Shown here in pieces: positions 25,324-38,197 of a stretch of 64,000 nucleotides of DNA. The notes beneath the pieces were generated by a model. It was not told the DNA's origin, searched no databases, and worked only from the letters and a program-made list of their open reading frames with translations. This DNA is from Lama guanicoe (Eukaryota). The stretch spans positions 248,001 through 312,000 of the forward strand of contig MU053754.1 of NCBI GenBank assembly GCA_013239625.1, written 5' to 3'. Within the stretch, counting starts at the first letter, position 1. Each line of letters starts with the position of its first letter. The position numbers were made by a program, and so were the translations under genes.

Positions 25324-25978
25324 TGTCACACATGAAACACAAAGCTTCCTGAGTGAGGATGGGGACACTGAGTCCAGCAACAGCAGACGAAGCAGAACTG
25401 TGAATTCCCCGGCGGGAGAAGGGAAGATTTTAATATGGCAAAAGTGGTGAGACTAGTCAGCAGGTGGGAGAACTCATACAAGCCTTGTTCTCGTTCCAGG
25501 GTTTTATTTCTATAAACTGTACTCTGAATGTTACAGTACAAACATAAGTCTGTGTTTCAGAAATCACTATGTAGCCCCCCGACTGTGGGAACCAAGGAAC
25601 AAGCCTTGGGCCGGAATGGGAAACAAGTTGTAAAAAGCTGCAGACTCAGAGGTGAGAAGACTGGTTAGCCAAGGTCGGGTAAGGTCCCCAGAGGGGGGAA
25701 CCTAAGACACACACAGCCGCCTGAGTCCAGGAAAAATGCTGTGAAGCAGCCGTTTCTCATACGTTCCGCCCCGATAAGCTGTGAGGCTCGCTGGTGCCAA
25801 CACGAACATGATTTACCAACATAAAGGGTCTTCTGACCTTGAGCCAGACGCTGCCTGTAACCATTTCCTTTGTCATTCTTCTTTGCTATGTAAGACTGCA
25901 ACTTAATAAAGCTTCAGAGTAGCCATCCGCTCTCTCCGCATACGGTGTGCATGTGAACATCATATCGTGACACCAACA
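25324..25978 (+). mobile_element. Probable ERV solo LTR
   Basis: TGTCA...CAACA termini, AATAAA at 25905 followed by a short U5-like segment. No clear TSD. Confidence 0.55.
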
Positions 25979-26345
25979 CACTATTTATACATACTCTTGC
26001 ACCCCCTTCCCTTGGTCTTAAGTGTCATCTCTATGCACAGATACCAGTGCCTCTACTTACTTTCTAGTTCCTAATTCTCAACTCTGGCTGAATAGCTTGA
26101 CCTTGAGATACCACTGGGTCCCCCGTATTTTCCTTTGGAATAAGTTCAAATGGTCATGTTTAAAGAACAATGAATATATGTCCAGGGTGATACTAAATGC
26201 TGTACTTGGATCAATTTAACATTGAACTGGGAAATACCCATAGTTTACAGAAATGAAACTGAAGGATACAGGTTAAATAACCTTGTATAGGTCACAGAGG
26301 CAGCCAGGGATGCAGCTAGAACGTGAAACTCAAGCCATATTTTTT

Positions 26346-26906
26346 AAATATAATTTTTTTATTGAAGTGTAGTTGATTTACAAAGTTAGTTTCATGTGTA
26401 CAGCAAAGCAATTCAGTTATACATATACAGACATGTTTTTTCATATTCTTTTCCATTATGGTGTATTGTAGGATATTGTCTGTTATCCCTCCCCTGCCTT
26501 TCCCCATTGGTAACCATAATTTGTCTTCCGTGTCTGAGTCTGTTTCTATTTTGTAAATGAGTTCCTTTGTATTATATTTTAGATTCCACATATAAGTGAT
26601 ATCATATGATATTTGTCATTCTCTGTCTGATTTACTTCACTTAGCATGATAATGTCTAGGTCCATCCATGTTGCTGCAAATGACATTACTTCATTCTTTT
26701 TAATGGCTGAGTAGTATTCCATCGTACATATACACCACATCTTTATCCAGTCATCTGTCAGTGGACATTAAGGTTGTTTCCATGTCTTGGTGACTGTAAA
26801 TAGTGCTACTGTGAACACTGGGGTGCATGTGTCTTTTCAAATTAGAGTTTTCTCTCGATACGTGCCCAGGAGCGGCATTGCTGGATTATAGACTTGCCAT
26901 ATGATC
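26346..26906 (-). mobile_element. 5'-truncated L1 with a tiny 5' inversion
   Basis: Antisense L1 3' UTR and ORF2 end. 14-bp TSD caagccatattttt (26331) and caagccctattttt (26907). The terminal ~20 bp are in the opposite orientation. Confidence 0.92.
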
Positions 26907-27024
26907 CAAGCCCTATTTTTGTTGGGCTATAAAAATAGTTGTAATTTATTTCAGTTATGGGGGAAAAAAAACCAAAACCCTGTCACTCATTTGTGGGACA
27001 CTTGATAGGAGGCTCCGTCTAACA

Positions 27025-27081
27025 TTACCTGACCTGAGCCTTCTTACCTGACCTGATCCTTCTTACCTGACCTGATCCTTC
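27025..27081. repeat. 19-bp tandem repeat, 3 copies
   Basis: ttacctgacctgagccttc followed by two copies of ttacctgacctgatccttc. Confidence 0.95.
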
Positions 27082-27134
27082 TCAACCTCCAGGGCGGGCA
27101 TGTCTTGGAAAAACTTAATCCATTCTTCCTATTT

Positions 27135-27725
27135 TTTCTTTATTTTTATTTCTTAACAGTTTTATTGATGTATAATTTATGTACAAAACTGCACATACTT
27201 AATATGTATGTTTGATGAGTTTGTACATATTCCATGTCCCTATACACCAAGGTACCATGACCACGATCAAAGTAATAGACCTCTCAAAGTCTCCTTGGGC
27301 TTCTTCCGTTTTTGTTTTTGTTAATTCGTGGCTGTTGTAGGAACACTTAACGTGAGATCCACCCTCTTGACCACTTCTTAAATTCACAGTTGTGTAGTGC
27401 TAGCTGCTGGTGTTATGTTGTACAGCAGATCTGGAGGATCTGTTCGTGTCGCATAACTGAAAGTGAGGACCATTGAACAACGTCTTCCTGTTTTCCATTC
27501 CCGTCACTTCCTGGCAACTGTCTCTTCTCGTCTCTTATTCTATGAGTTTGACTGTTCTAGACATCACACGCCAGTGGAATCACGCCGTATTTGTCCTTCA
27601 TTGTCTGGCTTATTTCACTCAGCATCATGTCCTCCAAGTTCCTCCATGTTGTTCCAAATTGGAGGATTTCCTTCTTTAAAAAAGACTGAACAATATTCCT
27701 GTATGAATACACCACAAAATCCCTG
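27135..27725 (-). mobile_element. L1MA/L1MB-type 3' end fragment
   Basis: acagttttattgatgtataattt, gtctggcttatttcactcagcatcatgtcctccaagtt. The minus-strand ORF contains TTWRNLEDMMLSEISQ. Confidence 0.85.
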
Positions 27726-30294
27726 ATTTTTGAACTAGCAGTTGTAGTGACCCGTGTTATCATTGAGGGTCTGTGGGTCTCTCAGGCAGGTTGGTCTGGG
27801 GAGAATGTTCAAGAACCACCAGTCTGAAGTCTGGTAGACATAAGTGAGACTCCATTGGTGCATGGTCTTTGGTTCTCTGCTATGTGTTACATTCTGAGTT
27901 TTTATTCTTTCTTGTTATTTTCTTATTTCCTGCCTTTTACTTAATTGTTCAAATTGTCCTTCTCTGTTTTCCCCTGGGTATTTGAAAATTCTCCAAAAGA
28001 AAAAATGCTTGGATATTTCGTTCTAAAATAACATCATCTCTCTTCCCCTTAGTAATGATTTAGCACGATTTTTAGCATCATTTAGCTTTCCTCTGCTTAG
28101 ATTTTGGTTGAAATGAATTGATTTTTTTAGATCAAGATTATTGCAGCCATATTAGTTACAAAATAATGTGAAATGGGCAGACAGGAACAGGGGCAAAAGA
28201 GCTGCTTTCATGGAAACCATCCTTGCGGTTACTCCCCAGACATGTGGTGGGTCAGGCAAGACCTGGCTTGCCTAGAAACCTCGTAATCCATGATAAAGTC
28301 AAGTAAAAGTCACCGCTTTTGCTCATTACCGACGAGATTGCTTATGGTCTAACACATACGTGCTTCCATGATCATTATTAAAACTGAATAATGGAAACTG
28401 GCTTGTTTTCCAGGTTGTTGCAAATAATGGCTGATAGCAAGGTGTTAACAGTGAGTGTAGGCCCCAGCAGCAGTTCAGCTCATCATTACAAATGATTTTT
28501 GCATACGGCTCACACGGTACCTCCATTCAGCAACAAACACAATCCTGTAGATCGTGAGCATTGAAAAACTGGGTGACAGATGGCCACTACTCCTTTCCTG
28601 ATGTGTTTTGTGATGGAAATTTAGCCGAGAAGACACTAATAATAATGCTGTTAATGTAGTGTCTTTTCCCTAGGAGCTTCAAACACTTGACACACATTAC
28701 ATAATTAATGCTTAAATAGTACGCAAACACCCACAGGACGTGGGAGAGCAGAGAGGACTGACAGCCTCACTGCCTGGGCTGCAAACCACACACACACAGT
28801 CACAGGCAGACACGTTCCTAAAACAAGGTAACTGGTAAAGGAGTGGTTGCCCTTTCTTCCTGGACATCCGGAAAGTCGGGGGCAGTAGATTAGGAGGCAG
28901 CAAAGTAAGAAAGAGGTAGAACATAGAGGAAGAAGCAGGAGAAAAAAGGAGTGGAGGTGGGCAGGAGAGACTGGTGGGAGGGGAAAACCAGAGTGACCAG
29001 CCTTCTCCTCTCCCCCCAGAAATGCCCTCCACACCCTGATTCGTTCCGGTCTGCTGGGAGATGTGAACTTTTTCACAACCACCCCCAGGGAATTCTAATG
29101 TGATGCTATGTCCATCCTTATGCTTAAATGTTCCACTGTGACTTGTGAAGTCAATGCCAGAACTTAAAACCCACCTGTTACTTTGTCTGTTATTAAACAT
29201 CTCAGCTTGGGATGCCTGGTCCTTATTTGGCGAGGAGACGGGTTTTGGCTGCAAGTTTTCCAAACCATGAAGTCAAGTGTGACTTGCCTTACCAATTTTG
29301 TGATTTTTATTGGTGGTTGTAGCTAAAGCATTGCCTTTGATGACTAGTGCAAAACAGATTACCTCCTTGGCCAAAGGCGGGACCCAGGAATGCCGAGAAT
29401 CATAAAAACCCTGGGTTGAAGGAGAAATGTATTTCCCCACTCTCGGTACCTTTCATTCAAAATGCTGAAGTGAGACTTCAGAACATTGACTGATGGTTTT
29501 ATGAGTGCCTCTTTGTGTGAGGATGAAGAGATAAATAAGAAGTTTATTAACTGGAAAAGTACCTTTTGTCTAGTAAACCATAAATGGCTCTCTTGAGTGT
29601 TTGAGTCTGGAATGAAGCTATAGGTAGCTGAAATTTCTCCAATAAATCAATATGTAATTGATGCTGCCAGGACAGAACAGCTTGGGGCAGCTTTATTTCT
29701 AAGTCCTTCTGTTTGAAGTACAATCGATCCACTGCTTTCAATGATCGGGCCCAGGAAATGCAGCCCGAGCACCACGGCATCCACAGCTGAGCAGCTTCTA
29801 AACACGAGCCCATAAAGAGAGTTTAATCACTGTCTCAGAGCAGAAGGGAACTTGGACATTCGGCTCCTTGACTGGATTTCACTGTTGTAGCAGCAGTTTT
29901 TTAAAACTCTGAAATTTACTTCATCATGGGGACCTTTTCCTAGAGGCTGGTTTGAATGGCTCCATGTCCAGTATATCATTTTGCACTAGACACAGTGATG
30001 GATAATGTTTAAACAGGTGAGAGTATCTGCAGTCCAAGTGCAAGTGTGAATCTCCGCACGGGGAGATACAGTTGCACTCTGGTGGTCTACTTAGTGTACA
30101 CAGATGAGCGTTTTTCTCAAAGAGGAATTGAAATGATGCTCCTGTTTGCTGGTTTGGGCCTCTGTAGAATTCTAGTAATTCTTGGTATCAAATGATACTA
30201 AGAAAATAAATAGTGCAGATCACTATTGGTTGAATGAAACTCCTAAGGTGATTATTTAGTAACACCCGAAGTTCGTTGTCGCCGGGGTATAAAC

Positions 30295-30525
30295 CAGGTG
30301 TTCTCAGTCTGGGGACGACTGACATTTGAGGCTCGATGGCTTTTTGTTTTGGGGGCTGACCTGTGCACTGTGGGCTGTTGAGAAGAGTCCCTGGCCTCTG
30401 CCCACTGGTTGTAAGTAGCACCCTCTTCCTTCCCCCAGTAGTGAAAACAAAAAGTGTCTTCCTACATTGCCAGTTGTGTATGTGTGTGTATGTGTGTGCA
30501 AAATTGCCCCATTTGAGAATGACTG
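30295..30525. mobile_element. MER20-like hAT MITE
   Basis: caggtgttctcagtctgggg...ctggcctctgcccact...aaattgccccatttgagaatgactg. Confidence 0.75.
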
Positions 30526-31164
30526 ATGACATAACTTAACTTCCGTGATGCTTTCAATGGAAACGTATTTGCTGTGTCACTATTGATCTCCTTAAAATGA
30601 AATAGTCTTATGAGTTCTTTTCACAAATGTGGCCCCATTGTCACTGTCTTCTGCTAAATGTCTGTAACACACACTTTAGCGTTAAAGGTGTTAACAAAAA
30701 TGGGTTCTGTGGTTTTCATCCTGCACATCCCTGTCTCTTTTACGTGGGTACTTTCTATCCTCTGTTAAGACCAGTAGGCTGTTGATTCTGCTAGCTTGTC
30801 TTATATGCCCTTGAGCACGGAAAAGGTTACTTTTAGAAAAATTTAATTTTGAGAAAACAGTGTATGGTAACTGAAGTGTGGTTGGCACTAATTCATTGGT
30901 GTGATAAAAATGAAATTGAGGCTATGTTTTATTTAAAAGCCATTTAGTGTTAGAGGTCTTCAGGGATGTTGCATGTGTTAGTCACCGTGCGATTGGAGAC
31001 CCAGCCATGCAGGCAAGGCTCTGTGCTTTCAAAATGCAAGCTGGTACCTTTAAGCTCCGTGATGAAAGGGGACAACAGTAGCTTTCGCGGATTGAGTGGT
31101 GCAAAGCCCGTCAGGAACCAGGACGTCAGAAATGATTAGCGTCTGAGAGCTCCTGGAACTTCAG

Positions 31165-31310
31165 AAGCTCGGTTCCTAATTCAGCCCTGCCATTAATTGT
31201 CTGCTTGACCTTGGACCAAAATACTTCACCTCTCTAAGCATCAGTTTCTGCATTGTCACAGTGAGGTGGGGCGTTATTTTCCAGGGTTTTATGAGAAATA
31301 GTAAAAGACT
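31165..31310 (+). mobile_element. MIR SINE
   Basis: Core-like text tgaccttggaccaaaatacttcacctctctaagcatcagtttctgcattgt. Confidence 0.7.
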
Positions 31311-31578
31311 TCTGCAGGGTGGCTGTGTTTGGCACACATCGGGGCCTCCTAGTTGCTACTTCGCTTTCTCTGCACCGGCGTGCGGGCTCTGGGACTTGTT
31401 CTGGGAGAGAGACTGCAGAGGACAGGACCTGTGCCCTGTACTTGGCTGAAACCACGGGCATTTCGAGCTCAGGTGGCCATGGAAGAGTTCACAGGTGACT
31501 GATACTTGTATTCTGAAGGGCAGCTTGATTTCAGCTGAAAAAGTTGGGTCTGGAAGCCATCGAAGGATCTGCAGTTTC

Positions 31579-32372
31579 CTAGAACAGGAATGAAAAAATA
31601 TATATGTGTTGGCCTCTGTCCTTCCTGACACAGAGCTCAGAAATCCCTTGGAGTTTCCTGAGTAATAGGGGAGTCGTTTGTTCAGATAAGGGCATCCTTG
31701 TTGGGCTCCTGGTTGAGGGCTGCTCACAAGAAACAGCAAGCCGTGAGTAGAAGCTTGGAACTTCCAGCCCTACCCTCCATTCTCCAGGAAGGGTAGGGGG
31801 CTGGAAATGCAGCTGATGATGGATCATGTCTACCTGATTAAGTCTCCATAAAAAATCCCAAGGCTGTGGGGTTGGGGAGCGTCCAGGCTGGTAGACGGGT
31901 ACCCTCGGGAGAGGGCAGGGAAGCGCCCCGCCCCTTCCCACATGCCTCGCCCTGCGGTCTCTGCCCTCCGCAGCTTCATCTGTATCCTTCGTCACATCCT
32001 TGTACAGTAGATGGGTCAACAGTAAGTCAAGCGTCTTCCTCAGTTCTCTTAGCTGCTCTAGCAAATTCACCAAACCTGAGGGGGGACCTCCGACGTATAG
32101 CCCGTTGGTTGGAAGCACAGGGGACAACCCGGACTGGTGATGGTTGGCATCTGAAGTGGGGGTGGTCTTGTGGGGCTGAGCCCTTCACCGCTGGGATCTG
32201 ACATGCTCTCTCAGTAGGTGGTGTCAGAACTGACTTAGATTATAGGACACCCCGCCGGTGGCACAGAATCGTGTGGTGTGCACAAACCCCCTACATGTGG
32301 TGACAGAAGTGCTCTAAGTGTGGTGGCCGTGGGTCAGTAGAGGAGGAACACAGGAGTGTACGTTTTCTAAAC
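31579..32372 (+). mobile_element. MER21-like solo LTR
   Basis: cttcctgacacagagctcagaaatcccttggagtttcctgagtaataggg, gggggtggtcttgtggggctgagccctt and gtgtcagaactgacttagattataggacaccc. Confidence 0.8.
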
Positions 32373-32484
32373 CGGGAGGATGACAAACATGAAACTGTGT
32401 GGGCAGGTGGATTCATGGTCCTGAAAGATAAGGTATTTCATTGTTCCTGGGCTCGGGCCATTTCGGCCATTTCTTTTTCTTCTT

Positions 32485-32830
32485 TTTTTTTAATCTGATA
32501 GCTTTAGTGAAGTGTAATTTATATACCCTAGAGCTCGTCTGTTTAATGATTTTTCATCACATACAGAGTTGTGCAGCCGTCACCACAGTCCAGCTGGAGA
32601 ACGTTTCCGTCATCCCAAAAAAGAATCACGGATGCCAGAGTGCAGTCGGTCCCTGCCCCCACCCTCAGCCCCCAATTTCCAATTTCTGTGTCTGTAGACT
32701 TGCCTGTTCTGAACTTTCCATGTACGTGGAATCAAACACCATGTAGTGGTTTTTATCTGGCTTTTTAAAATTAGTATGTTTTGTGGAAGGTTTTGTAGCA
32801 GGTGTCAGTCAGTACTTCCACATTTTGCTC
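32485..32830 (-). mobile_element. L1MB-type 3' end fragment
   Basis: gctttagtgaagtgtaatttatatacc...cagagttgtgcagccgtcaccacagtc...gacttgcctgttctgaactttcc. Confidence 0.75.
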
Positions 32831-33593
32831 TTTTTGTTTTTAATTGATGTGGTGATATTGGGTGAGTTACTATAAAACCTTATTTGGCATCTCTCTGGAG
32901 GAGGTGTTGATAGGCCCGATCTCATGTCATTTTGCTGATGATAAAAATAACACACGTAGAGGGTCTTAGTTAGGCATCTGGCTCAAATGAAGAGCTGACT
33001 GTGCGTTAGTTTTGTCATGATGATCACGGTAGTTACAGTAAGTTGTCTTCTTTAATGCTGTTGCCACCACAGTCCTTTCCCATTCTGTGCACACAGCAGG
33101 GGGACCGCCCCTTGCTTGGCTTGCTTGTAAGACCTTTTACCAAATCTATTAGGACCATTTTTATAAAATTTATTGTATTCACTGCTAGACTGTGAAACTG
33201 GTTCCTAAAGCTGGGAGCTGTTTCAAGAAATGCTTGTTGAATTGAGGAAAGAAAGGGAGGATGGTGGACTCCCAGCGGGTAGCATGGGGATCTCGCGCAT
33301 GGTGGTCTCCAGTTAATAGGTGTTGAATGAATTCAAAAAGAGTCCAAAAGTTAAAATAGTGCATGCCTATAACCAGGGGTTGAATGACTTAAAGGCAAAT
33401 GGTCCTTACATGTTTGATGCTATGACCTGACAGTCTTTCTTTCCACTGGACTGTTATCTAGCCGTGGGGCTGGGATTTGAAGCAAAAATCAGAAATTGTT
33501 GGAAGTACTTGTTAAGTATTGTGAAATAGGAAAAATTCAGGTGTCGGATCAGGTGGCTTTCCCTCGGCAAAGACAGATGCGGAATCCTGGTAC

Positions 33594-34061
33594 TGTTACC
33601 GATCAGGGTCCCTGGACTCCTTCCTTGATCAGCAGAAATAGATAAGAGGCCAGACGAGGAATTCAGGAGAGGCTTTATGGGAACTCGTGCAGCAGCAGGA
33701 GGGAGTGAGAACAAGAAACAAGTGTCCTTGGTCCTTTCCTGAGAGGGGGATGAGCTGGTCCTTTAAATGGGGTGAGGGTGGGGGCAGGCCAGATGGTGGG
33801 GAAGGCCAAGAGGGTGGCATAGGTGGTCTGCCAGCCCCCTTGGTGGTGTGTGTGCAGGCATCCTACGTGCTACCTGCTTCTGCTCCCGGCACCTCAGAAG
33901 TGGCAGCTGGGTTTTTTGCCCTTTTGTATCTTACTGTTCATAGTTTGCCCCAGCTGTGTGTGCACTAGTTCTTTCTAGTCCCTTGCAGTTTCTTCGCATT
34001 CTGTTGCACCAGATGTCTGTCCAGGTGCAAGCACTCCAGTAAAGGGCCCCAGCCTATCTAA
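33594..34061 (-). mobile_element. ERV1-class solo LTR (family A)
   Basis: Starts TGTTACCG, 4-bp TSD gtac/gtgc, and is clearly homologous to 56057-56512. Confidence 0.85.
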
Positions 34062-36149
34062 GTGCAAGGAGGATCGGGGAGAAGACTTCAGTAGCATCAA
34101 CCATGTTTTCTTTTGAACACAGATTTGAGAAGCCTTTTCAGACTGCGGATCCGTAGCCCTCAGGGTCTGTTAAACCCCTTTGTAAGTCCTGGCGCTCACC
34201 CTCCTTGGAAATCATCCTGCATAAGGAGAGGTGTTACTGACACAAGCCTGTCTGCAAGGGGACAGCAGACAGGCACCCGGGAAGACTCAGATGCCCAAAC
34301 TTAAAGGGCAGGAAAAGGGTTCTCCAGACTCCTAGAAGCCTGACAAATACTGGGGCCTGGTTAGCAGTTTCAGAAAGGAACAATAGTTAAAAAAAAAGAA
34401 AAGTCTTGGGTTTTGCGATCTAGAGGACACATTTAATAGTGGAGGGAGTAAAAATGTTTTCAAAAATCAACATTTCTCAAATTAATTTTGTGTCATTCCA
34501 TTAAAGCTGTTTGTGATTTGGTAGGCCCTCAGGTGTGGGTTTAATTTTGTTTGCGTATGATGTATGTTTGCAGAAAGGTGTTATTCTTGAAAAGCCATCA
34601 AAATATAATTAAAAAGTCGGCAGAGGTGATGTCTCATCGCTGGCTTTGTTTATTTTTTTAATAAAAACGGAAACCCCAGTTGTGCTCTGTTTGGAGTTAT
34701 AATGACCACAAACCAAGACAGAAAATTCACACACTTGGAAAAATCGCACACTAGGTTTTCCTTCAAAACGGAGGTGGGTTTCACTGTGGACTCTTTGGGA
34801 GACTGGGGTTTCTTTCTATGTCACTTGATCCTGAACTCCTGAAATTGCTGGTTAAACAGACAGTGAAAACTCTAAGCTGAGCTAAGGGCAACCACAAAAC
34901 TCTCCTCTGGGTGGGTCTTTGTGCAGACTGTCCGTTCTCTCATGTTTTACCCGCCCCCTGTTTGCATCAGTGCCAGATAGTGACTCCTTTCGAAGTCCTA
35001 CTTAGTATCATGACCGTGAAGCCCTTCCTCCCGGACCCCCTCTGCAGGTCATTCTCCCCTCCCTCTGTACTTTGTGTGTCCCTTTCAGATCTGTGCATGC
35101 AGGTAAGGCTTACCTGTTAACTTTCCTATTCCACGTTCAGATCCTTGAATAGAAGAACCATGTTACTCATTCTTGCACCCTGGATTCCAGGTAAATGGCC
35201 TGAAGTTGGACATGTCAAGTCAGAATTCACTGAGCTGGGTTGTATTAAATCATGTTGATTACTGTAAGACTTTTTAGAAAAGTGTCTATTTACACATTTA
35301 AATTCCACTCATGTAAAATAGCTGTAGACTTTCTATCTCGAACTGTTTGCTCAAACGTTCACACTCTGTAGTGGCTAGACGTGGCTGCGTTGCTTGAAAC
35401 TGCCTTCCTGGTTCCTGCCTGTCTCCAAAGAGGGGAGTTATGTTATTAAAGGAGGCACTACAGCCTCTTTTGTTGGAGCAAATCAACAACATAAATTTTG
35501 GTGAGAATTGAAACGCTCTAAGTTTTCAAGGCTTAAATCTGAGAAGTGGGTTTAGGAGAGAGTTTTGCTGTTTTCATTATGGATTTGCATATTTTCTGTA
35601 TCACTGACAATGAAGAATCATTTTACAAAGATGAAAGATTTAGCACCTATAATTGAATGCGTGTATTCGACCACTGAGAAGCTGGAAGCACTCTCAAATT
35701 TCCTTCAGTGTCATCGAGTCTTAAATAAGTCATTGTTAGAATCTCCTCGAAGGATGACAGGGCTCGTGAAAATGAGGTGTTACATTCGAGTGGATGATGG
35801 GCTGTTGAAGTTTTTCTCCAAGTATACGATTTGGAGGTTTTAAGAAAATCCTCATTCCATTGGTGGATGGAAACCTGGCTAGATGGTTCCGTGCAAAGCT
35901 CCTTGTTGAGAAATCCTGTGTCTGCTGAAACGTGTGATTCTGTTGTATCTGGGGAGTTTGGTCAGCAAAGAGCAGTTAGGATTGTGGCTTCTTAATGTAA
36001 ATTCCACTTCTTGTGCGCCCCCTGTATTTGAATGCGGGCCAGGAGTCAGTCTGCCCGCCTCTGAGAGCTCTCCTGGGCCGTGTGTCTTCTGTCCCCTTGC
36101 ATTTTGGGGTGCTCAGTCTTCGGACCACTGTTTCTAGGTGACTTTATCC

Positions 36150-36400
36150 CGTTTCGTGATTCTAAACACTGGGTAAATTTTGACAGCTCCTCCTAATGCA
36201 GACTTACGTAAATATTCAAGTGTGTCCTCAACACGAACCTTTAATTTCATGTCTCAAATGAACAATTATTGTGATTTTCCCCCAACCTGCTCCCCACTCT
36301 GTTTCTTACCTCAGTAAATGGAATCATTCTCCAGCGAAATGCACCAAAACTTTGGATCAGCTTTGAATGCACTCTTTCTGTCCTCTGCCACCAAGCTCTG
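36150..36400 (+). mobile_element. L2 fragment
   Basis: catgtctcaaatgaac...cccaacctgctccccactctgtttcttacctcagtaaatgg. Confidence 0.55.
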
Positions 36401-38021
36401 TGTAGGATGTTCACATAGAACAAACTGTCCTTTACCTTGTAAGAGTCATCCTGGCATGCTGGAGACCAGTGGGCCGCTAAAACCTCACCATTGGGGCAGT
36501 CTGTGAAGTCTTTGTTGAGTTAATCTCCCATGTTCTGGCATGCCTGTGTCTCACTGGGGCATAAAGGAAACATGTCACCTCCTGCTGATAATGTGATGTC
36601 CTACATACTGGAGACGTGATGTCATAAAGATGTGGTCTCATAAGTACAGTGGACCAGTGTGATGCGGTGGAGAGTGCCAAGGTGTGTTTCCAGAGGACAG
36701 AGAGCTGCGGAGTCAGCATGGGAAGGTGAAAATGGTTTGATCATCCCAGATGATGGACGACTTCTGAAAAAGTGTTAACACCCGACATCACCTTGACCTG
36801 CCCCATTCAATAGACCATCTCTAGAGTAGTGGCTCCCCCTGGGGCTACTGTGGTAAGTTCATGGTGGTTCCTGGTTAGTTTCCATGACGCACTTGGTTTT
36901 TATGTAGACTAGACATGTGATTTGAACAAGGATAACATGGCACCCACTGCTCCAGCGTCCTTCGAGTTTTTTAATCATGGACTGACCTTTGCCATTTCTC
37001 CTGAGTGTATTAATGTTACAGATCTACTGTCTCGGCCAATTTAGGGGATTCCACTTGGCTTTTCCTATTATGACAACCTTTACGGTTCAAATCAGAGAAC
37101 CCACGTGAGGGAGGGGCCAACTATACGCAGTTACAGCCCAGTTATACACCTGGGAATTGGGGAAGATAACTTGGGAAGGCCTGTGGGAGCATTGGAGGCA
37201 CTATGAGGAGCAACTGGGTCAAAAGTCCTCACGTTGCCATCCTAAAGCTTTCTGGATGTTCCGTTCTCTGCAGTGCTCGAGCTGTTGTCTGTGGACACTG
37301 GTTAGGAAAACAAACAGAAACGTGGACTGTGCATTTTTGTGTCATATTACAGGGTATTGCCTCCAGTCAGTGGGTCTGTGAGCTGCCAGTCTCAGGATGG
37401 AGACTGAGTAAGAGACTGTGATTACTGTACGGAGGCAGTTGATGGCAGCTTTCTCCTTGACAGTTCTAGTTTCTTTTTATTAAAGAAATCGAGAGCCACC
37501 GCTCACCTCACAGAGCTGTGTGGGCCACAGATTCCCCAGGCATCAGACATGGTGCCTGCTACTCTGCGTTGATGCCAATTATGGTAACTAGCTTCACCTT
37601 GCTTCTGACAACCACGTGCCGGCTCCCTTCCCGTGCCGTTCCAAGAGCCAACCAGTGCCATCGATACTAGGGCATTCAGCTGTGTGGCTCCAGCATCCAC
37701 TCTCAACCCTGGCCCGTGGGTAACAGCCTCCGAGTCACTCCTCAGATATTCTGACGGCCCCGCACCTGTGTGTTCCTTACTGCTTTCGTGAAGGGGGCTC
37801 TTTTGAATCCTCCCAGAGCAGGGGTCAATGCCGCCATGCCAGTGAATCCTCTTAACTGGTATCCAGGATCATCTTCTACTCGGCTCCTCTGATCCCAGTC
37901 CTAAGATCCATCTCCACGCACGCCCCGGTAGCTGTCTGGGTGAGCAGCCCCTCTGGGATGCAGGCTGTCTGTTTCCACAGAGAAGGGCTCGCACTGTGAT
38001 GGGACCTGGATCTAGGACTGA

Positions 38022-38197
38022 AGCGGCGGGTTCTCCCAGTGTGGCCAGCATCACCGGGGAAAGACTGAGGAGCACAGACTCTCTGGACCCGCCCCGGCCC
38101 CGGCTGCATCAGAAGCTTTGAGCGGAGGGCTCAGGAATCTGTGCCTTCGCTCACCTTCCACGTGACTCTAGGTGTGCTCGCGCTGGAAGACCACAGG
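38022..38197. mobile_element. MER5A-like hAT MITE
   Basis: ggttctcccagtgtgg...gcatcaccgggga...caggaatctgtgcctt...ggaagaccac. Confidence 0.6.
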
